Source: Candidatus Geocrenenecus arthurdayi (GTDB lineage Archaea > Thermoproteota > Nitrososphaeria_A > Caldarchaeales > Wolframiiraptoraceae). From it: 24,000 nucleotides of DNA. Of this stretch, positions 16,791 to 24,000 are shown piece by piece. Position numbers and translations under genes: made by a program. The stretch is taken from assembly GCA_023539395.1 (NCBI GenBank), contig JAKCEX010000013.1:202-24201 (forward strand). The letters run 5' to 3'. The first letter of the stretch is position 1; every line of letters begins with the position of its first letter. The notes beneath the pieces were generated by a model, which worked only from the letters and a program-made list of their open reading frames with translations, did no database searches and was not told the origin of the DNA.

Positions 16791-16800
16791 TCTTATACTA
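16791..16800 (+). promoter_or_regulatory. TATA-like box for the wHTH gene (tcttatacta)
   Basis: Centred about 25 nt upstream of ATG 16821. Pattern only. Confidence 0.3.
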
Positions 16801-16820
16801 CTTGAACTATCTTAAGATCA

Positions 16821-17348
16821 ATGAGTTTTCTCAAAGAAATTCTTGAAGAACCATCCCACATGTTCTCCAAGATAGAATTTGAAGTCCTAGAATACTTGGA
16901 AAGATGCTCATGGGGGGCTACGATCTATGAGATAGCTAGGAATGTAAAGTGCTCTTTTAAGTCTCTTTATGCTGTTCTAAGAATTCTCGAGAAGAATGGT
17001 TGGATAGCAGTAACAAGGGAGAGAAACGGCAATATTGGTAGACCTAGAAACAAATATATCCTCAGAAGGAGCCTAGGGTCTATAATTAGAGAACTAGAAG
17101 ATTGTGGATGCGAAATTAGAGATGGTAAAACTAGGTTCTTAAATCTTACCAAGGTCGCTTACCCGTACTCTCTTACTATCTTTAAAAGGTCTTTGGCTAA
17201 GTTAAAGTATAGTGAGTGTCTTATAACATTAATGGGAGATGAGACTGCATATCCAGAATTTATCGAGGCAGCGTACAGGAAAAATGTAAAACTGGTAAAT
17301 ATTTCTATCAATAACAATAACGTGAGGATGATCTTCAAGAAGACTTAA
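16821..17348 (+). CDS. Putative winged-helix DNA-binding protein with an uncharacterised C-terminal domain
   Basis: 175-aa ORF. The N-terminal ~85 aa (FEVLEYLERCSWGATIYEIARNVKCSFKSLYAVLRILEKNGWIAVTRE...GRPRNKYIL) has the helix-turn-helix plus wing pattern of MarR/ArsR/TrmB-like archaeal regulators. I do not recognise the remaining ~90 aa. Confidence 0.55.
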   Translation: MSFLKEILEEPSHMFSKIEFEVLEYLERCSWGATIYEIARNVKCSFKSLYAVLRILEKNGWIAVTRERNGNIGRPRNKYILRRSLGSIIRELEDCGCEIRDGKTRFLNLTKVAYPYSLTIFKRSLAKLKYSECLITLMGDETAYPEFIEAAYRKNVKLVNISINNNNVRMIFKKT

Positions 17349-17386
17349 AATCTATAACTTTGAAACCTATCTTTTCATACTATCAT

Positions 17387-17413
17387 CTATGGATACAAGT
17401 CTACGGATACAAG
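17387..17413 (+). repeat. Tandem direct repeat, two 13-mers (CTATGGATACAAG / CTACGGATACAAG) separated by 1 nt
   Basis: Read directly at 17387..17399 and 17401..17413, with 12/13 identity and a 14-nt period. It lies in the 93-nt spacer between the wHTH gene and htrA, just upstream of an A/T-rich TATA-like stretch (17431..17441). Confidence 0.8.
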
Positions 17414-17441
17414 GCGGCTCTTAAACTAAGGAAAAATTAAT

Positions 17442-18440
17442 ATGAACCATGATAAAACAAATAATGTTAGAAAAATCATGGAGAAAACAAATAGAAATGG
17501 TCTGTTGAAGAATCTTTCAAGTGAGATTACGAAACTTGTAGAAGGCATATCAGAGAGTGTTGCAAGTGTAGTTACTACTTCATTAACGATAGATGCTTTC
17601 CTTAGAGTTGTCCCTGTGAGGGGCGTAGGATCAGCATTTGTTATATCTGAAGATGGATACCTGGTAACTAACAGCCATGTAGTTGCGAATGCTGAATCTA
17701 TAACACTTCTGATAGAGGGTCAAACTCTTCAAGCCAGAATATTATCGCTTGATCCATCAAGAGATATAGCGCTACTGAAGACTCAAGTAGGAAAACTTAA
17801 ACCCATTAAGCTTGGAGACTCTGATAAAGTGAGTGTAGGCGAGCTTGTACTAGCTATTGGTAGCCCTCTAGGTTTGCCTGGTCCAAACGTTAGTATAGGT
17901 GTTGTAAGCGCTAAGGGTAGAGCGATTGAAGGTGAAGGGTTTATACTTGAAGACTTGATACAGACAGATGCTGCAATAAATCCTGGAAATAGTGGTGGCC
18001 CCTTGGTTAACATGGATGGAGAAGTTATAGGTGTTACAACGGCTATCATACCTTTTGCACAGGGAATAGGCTTTGCTATACCAATAAATACTGTGAAACG
18101 TTTTATTGAAATGATCTCTAAGTATGGTAGACCTATTAGAGCATACATAGGAGTCGTTACAACACCATTAAATGAGCAGATAGCTGGATACTATGGGCTA
18201 CCTGTACGTGAAGGATTAATAGTCTTGAGAGTATTGAGGGATAGCCCAGCAGATGAATATGGAATAAGAGAAGGAGACATCATTACGCATGCAGGATCCC
18301 ATAAACTAAAGAGCGTAGGTGAGTTAAGAAGGATAATAGAAGAATCAATAGAACTTGGTAAAGTCAGGTTAAAAATATTTAGAGGTTGGAGGGAGATAGA
18401 GCTAGAAGTACCTATAGCAATCGAGAGAGTTGGCTACTAG
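17442..18440 (+). CDS. htrA: HtrA/DegP-family serine protease (trypsin-like S1C domain plus one PDZ domain)
   Basis: 332-aa ORF. The catalytic triad contexts are VTNSHVV (His), RDIALLK (Asp) and GNSGGPLV (Ser). A C-terminal PDZ-like segment reads GLIVLRVLRDSPADEYGIREGDIIT. An alternative start is ATG 17478 (MEKTNRNG...). Confidence 0.88.
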   Translation: MNHDKTNNVRKIMEKTNRNGLLKNLSSEITKLVEGISESVASVVTTSLTIDAFLRVVPVRGVGSAFVISEDGYLVTNSHVVANAESITLLIEGQTLQARILSLDPSRDIALLKTQVGKLKPIKLGDSDKVSVGELVLAIGSPLGLPGPNVSIGVVSAKGRAIEGEGFILEDLIQTDAAINPGNSGGPLVNMDGEVIGVTTAIIPFAQGIGFAIPINTVKRFIEMISKYGRPIRAYIGVVTTPLNEQIAGYYGLPVREGLIVLRVLRDSPADEYGIREGDIITHAGSHKLKSVGELRRIIEESIELGKVRLKIFRGWREIELEVPIAIERVGY

Positions 18441-18462
18441 CATTTCTTATCTTCTATTTAGC

Positions 18463-18903
<441 letters not shown>

Positions 18904-18910
18904 TTACCTG

Positions 18911-18923
18911 TTTATTAGTTTTT
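18911..18923 (-). promoter_or_regulatory. TATA-like box for the ferredoxin gene (minus-strand reading aaaaactaataaa)
   Basis: Centred about 29 nt upstream of ATG 18888. Pattern only. Confidence 0.35.
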
Positions 18924-19066
18924 CGGGGTACAAGCCTAAACACTTAGATATGAGAAGAAGGGCTAAACATCATCTACAGGCTAGTCTCTCCACATGATTC
19001 TTTCTATATTTTAACCTACATCATTGTGAGTGAAGTCGAAATGGTTATTTAAGGTATTTTTGGAAT

Positions 19067-19078
19067 TAAAAAGATATA
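19067..19078 (+). promoter_or_regulatory. TATA-like box for the small Cys-rich ORF (aaaaagatataa)
   Basis: Centred about 27 nt upstream of GTG 19101, the same spacing seen for neighbouring genes. Confidence 0.35.
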
Positions 19079-19100
19079 AGCAGGAATCAAAATAAAAAAT

Positions 19101-19415
19101 GTGAGAGACTTGGGAGAATCTGTAGAATGTAATAAGTGTCTTCATTTTACTGTTCATCCAAGTTATCCGTACATTGTGATATGTGTGGATTTAGGGCAGG
19201 TGGTTGCTCAGCCTAGAGAAGCCTGTAGGAATTATGTAAGTAAGACTTGGGACAGGTTAATTAAACAGTTATCTGAATCAGGATTCTTATATTGTGTTGA
19301 GTGTAGCAGACCCATATTCAATGAGGAAGAACTACGTAAGCATAAAACCGAGTTTATCCCATTTGAATTCTTCACTGATGAGGTAGCTTATGAAGAAGCG
19401 CCTTCCGGAGACTAG
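19101..19415 (+). CDS. Hypothetical small Cys-rich protein (putative metal-binding, acidic C-terminal tail)
   Basis: 104-aa ORF with a GTG start and no internal Met. It has CxxC at C10/C13, then C28 and C42, and CxxC at C65/C68 followed 12 residues later by H81. The tail is EFIPFEFFTDEVAYEEAPSGD. Coding status rests on ORF length in an otherwise stop-dense spacer plus the promoter geometry. No family recognised. Confidence 0.5.
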   Translation: MRDLGESVECNKCLHFTVHPSYPYIVICVDLGQVVAQPREACRNYVSKTWDRLIKQLSESGFLYCVECSRPIFNEEELRKHKTEFIPFEFFTDEVAYEEAPSGD

Positions 19416-19466
19416 CACTTAGAAGAAAACTCAAACCTTAGTCTTATGAGTAACTTGGGTAAAACA

Positions 19467-19480
19467 AAAAAGTTATTTAG
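19467..19480 (+). promoter_or_regulatory. TATA-like box for the OFOR operon (aaaaagttatttag)
   Basis: Centred about 27 nt upstream of GTG 19502. Pattern only. Confidence 0.35.
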
Positions 19481-19501
19481 AAACGTTCATCAATAAACCA
19501 T

Positions 19502-22340
<2,839 letters not shown>

Positions 22341-22386
22341 GATGCAATCGCCCATTTACACTTTATCTCTAATCTTTAGATGGAGA

Positions 22387-22851
22387 CTATGCGACAAGCA
22401 TGGTTTTCTCTTCAAATAATTTTTTTATCCTCTCAGTGATTTTTGTATAATAAGGATGGCTGTATCCAATTACTATATAATCAGCCCTACTCATGTGAGG
22501 CACTAATGAATGTAGAGAGACATACTCTCCATGTAATGTTTTGGCTTTAATATTCTTATTACCTGCCATTTGTAGTATCTTCTCTAGCACTTGATTTGCT
22601 TCCTTCAACTCTTCTTGAAAACCTTTTTCGGAGAAAGAGTAAATCAATGCTAGATGGTCCCCTACGCCTCTTCTTACACTAGGTGTAGACATACTCTCGA
22701 TAGTTTTCTTCTTGAAAACATAGGCTACCAAAAGGTCTAAATTCTTAGAAGAAGCTATCTCAACTGCTTTTTCACCAGCTCTCATTCCATATGCTAGATC
22801 AAAAATTACGAGTAAGACGTACCCCTTAACCAATTTTTCTCTATCTACCAA
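22387..22851 (-). CDS. Universal-stress-protein-like (adenine nucleotide alpha-hydrolase fold) protein, divergent
   Basis: 154-aa ORF with a TTG start. The order of strand and helix segments resembles USPs such as MJ0577: VLLVIFD, helix, DLLVAYV, long helix, ADYIVIGYS, C-terminal TMLVA. The G-x2-G-x9-G(S/T) ATP motif is not visible. Assignment is by pattern only. Confidence 0.4.
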   Translation of the reverse strand: MVDREKLVKGYVLLVIFDLAYGMRAGEKAVEIASSKNLDLLVAYVFKKKTIESMSTPSVRRGVGDHLALIYSFSEKGFQEELKEANQVLEKILQMAGNKNIKAKTLHGEYVSLHSLVPHMSRADYIVIGYSHPYYTKITERIKKLFEEKTMLVA

Positions 22852-22882
22852 GGAGTATTAACTCAGAATGGTAATATAAATT

Positions 22883-24000
22883 TTAATCGAGGTGTCTATA
22901 AAGTAGCCCGAATATAAGTCTACCTACTGCTATAATAATATATAGAAACGTTAATGCGTAATCTAGTGGCCACAGATGCTGAAGTAGCTCTAGGGCGTAC
23001 CCTGCTACCATTGAACCAGTAAAGAAAGCTAATCCAAGTGATAAATTGTATACAGCTGCATAGAACCCCTTCTCCTCCATCGGTGTCTTCTCTAGAAGAT
23101 ATGTTAAAGAAGCTGCATCGTAAAATACACTAAAAACACCTACTAATATGTTTATCAAGATTAGGAAGGGAAGTTGAGGTGCTAAGGCATAGACTAACGG
23201 GATTAACGCCATACTTGAACTACTTAATGTAAGGATTATAGATGTCTTCACTAGTGAAAAGCGTTCTCTAAGCAAAGCTAATCCTACTGCGCCTGATAAT
23301 CCGAAAACAATATCTAATAGGCTTATCTCGAACAGGCTTAACATAGATATCTTAGTTAACGTAATAGTGAAGAGTGGCCAAGCCATAGATAAGAAGAAGC
23401 CGAATGCTGTTGATAGAACTAAGAAGTTGAAGAACTTACCATGCCTCCTAATTTTAAGATTCTTTAAAGAAGCTGGGTAAGCATTTTTCGTATCTATATC
23501 TGGTTCTTCGCAGAATATCAAGACTATGATTGACCCTATAAATGTTGATGAAGCAGCTATCAGGAATCCAACTGTGAAACCATTCAAGCCGAAGAATGAT
23601 GATAGACCAACTGATAAGGTTGCCGCCACCCATCCTAAGTAATTTAAAGAATTAATATTTTCTGAGAATCTCCTCCACCTGTCTTCACTTATTACTTGCG
23701 ATGAATATGCTATGAATGTAGGTATGCTCATCGAGCTAGCTATCGAATGAAGTATTACCAGTACGATGAAACCCATAATGTATTTCACGAATAGTAAAGA
23801 TATCATGATTATTGCTGAGAAGATTCCACCTAGAATGATGAAAAAGACAAATCTCTTTATCTTGTGACTGACATACCCCCAGAGTAACTGGAAAAAGTTT
23901 AGGGATAGGTTACTTAAAGCATAAAGTATACCTACTTCAATCGATGAAGCTCCAAGTTCTATTCCATATATTGGAATGAAAGGTGAGCTTGCACCATAAT
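22883..24000 (-). CDS. Major-facilitator-superfamily-like transporter; the 5' end runs off the right edge of the window
   Basis: Track ORF 22883..23806 is a hydrophobic multi-TM protein. The same frame stays open upstream to base 24000 (...YGASSPFIPIYGIELGASSIEVGILYALSNLSLNFFQLLWGYVSHKIKRFVFFIILGG...), so the real start is outside the window. Substrate unknown. Confidence 0.7.
   Translation of the reverse strand, partial: YGASSPFIPIYGIELGASSIEVGILYALSNLSLNFFQLLWGYVSHKIKRFVFFIILGGIFSAIIMISLLFVKYIMGFIVLVILHSIASSMSIPTFIAYSSQVISEDRWRRFSENINSLNYLGWVAATLSVGLSSFFGLNGFTVGFLIAASSTFIGSIIVLIFCEEPDIDTKNAYPASLKNLKIRRHGKFFNFLVLSTAFGFFLSMAWPLFTITLTKISMLSLFEISLLDIVFGLSGAVGLALLRERFSLVKTSIILTLSSSSMALIPLVYALAPQLPFLILINILVGVFSVFYDAASLTYLLEKTPMEEKGFYAAVYNLSLGLAFFTGSMVAGYALELLQHLWPLDYALTFLYIIIAVGRLIFGLLYRHLD

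Noticed and set aside
18925-18933. Third copy of the GGRTACAAG core (gggtacaag) next to the ferredoxin promoter, possibly linking it to the htrA-upstream repeat
   Set aside because: It is an 8/9 match to a 9-mer. Several such matches are expected by chance in 48 kb of two-strand sequence, and the flanking bases of the 13-mer are not shared.
18940-19010. Possible C/D-box sRNA: minus-strand AGATGATGT resembles a C box
   Set aside because: The last C-box base is wrong, and no CUGA D box lies at the expected 40-60 nt downstream. There are no C'/D' boxes or terminal stem. Scans of the other spacers (7629..7927, 10714..10983, 11057..11210, 13097..13260) also gave no complete C/D set.

Overview
This is a compact, roughly 88% coding, AT-rich archaeal chromosome segment. 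It looks like core genome of a hyperthermophilic member of the Thermoprotei (Crenarchaeota). That placement is an inference from four things: an all-GC tRNA stem set, a Sulfolobus-type zinc ferredoxin, a two-subunit 2-oxoacid:ferredoxin oxidoreductase, and TATA boxes about 27 nt upstream of start codons (leaderless mRNAs).

I can support 21 protein genes plus one tRNA. In order they are: DNA ligase (partial), aconitase, a divergent pterin-cofactor cluster (mptG | mptA-mptE), MTA phosphorylase, PheRS alpha, a bud32-ham1 operon, tRNA-Cys(GCA), a nitroreductase-family protein, a polyprenyl (GGPP-type) synthase, a DUF763 protein, a membrane H+-pyrophosphatase, a wHTH protein, an HtrA protease, a Zn-ferredoxin, a small Cys-rich orphan, OFOR alpha/beta, a USP-like protein and an MFS transporter (partial).

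All family calls come from reading the translated ORFs and recognising hallmark motifs. No database search was run.

I see no CRISPR array, transposase, integrase, toxin-antitoxin pair or recognisable defence genes, and no convincing evidence for a wholly new multi-gene system.

The most check-worthy items are:
- the unassigned 104-aa Cys-rich protein lying between the ferredoxin and the OFOR operon
- the DUF763 protein with a canonical helix-hairpin-helix
- a tandem 13-mer repeat between the wHTH gene and htrA
- the methanopterin-type pterin cluster in what is presumably not a methanogen
- a eukaryote-like (type III) signature in the prenyl synthase

Several longest-ORF starts in the supplied track appear too far upstream and are corrected in the feature list.
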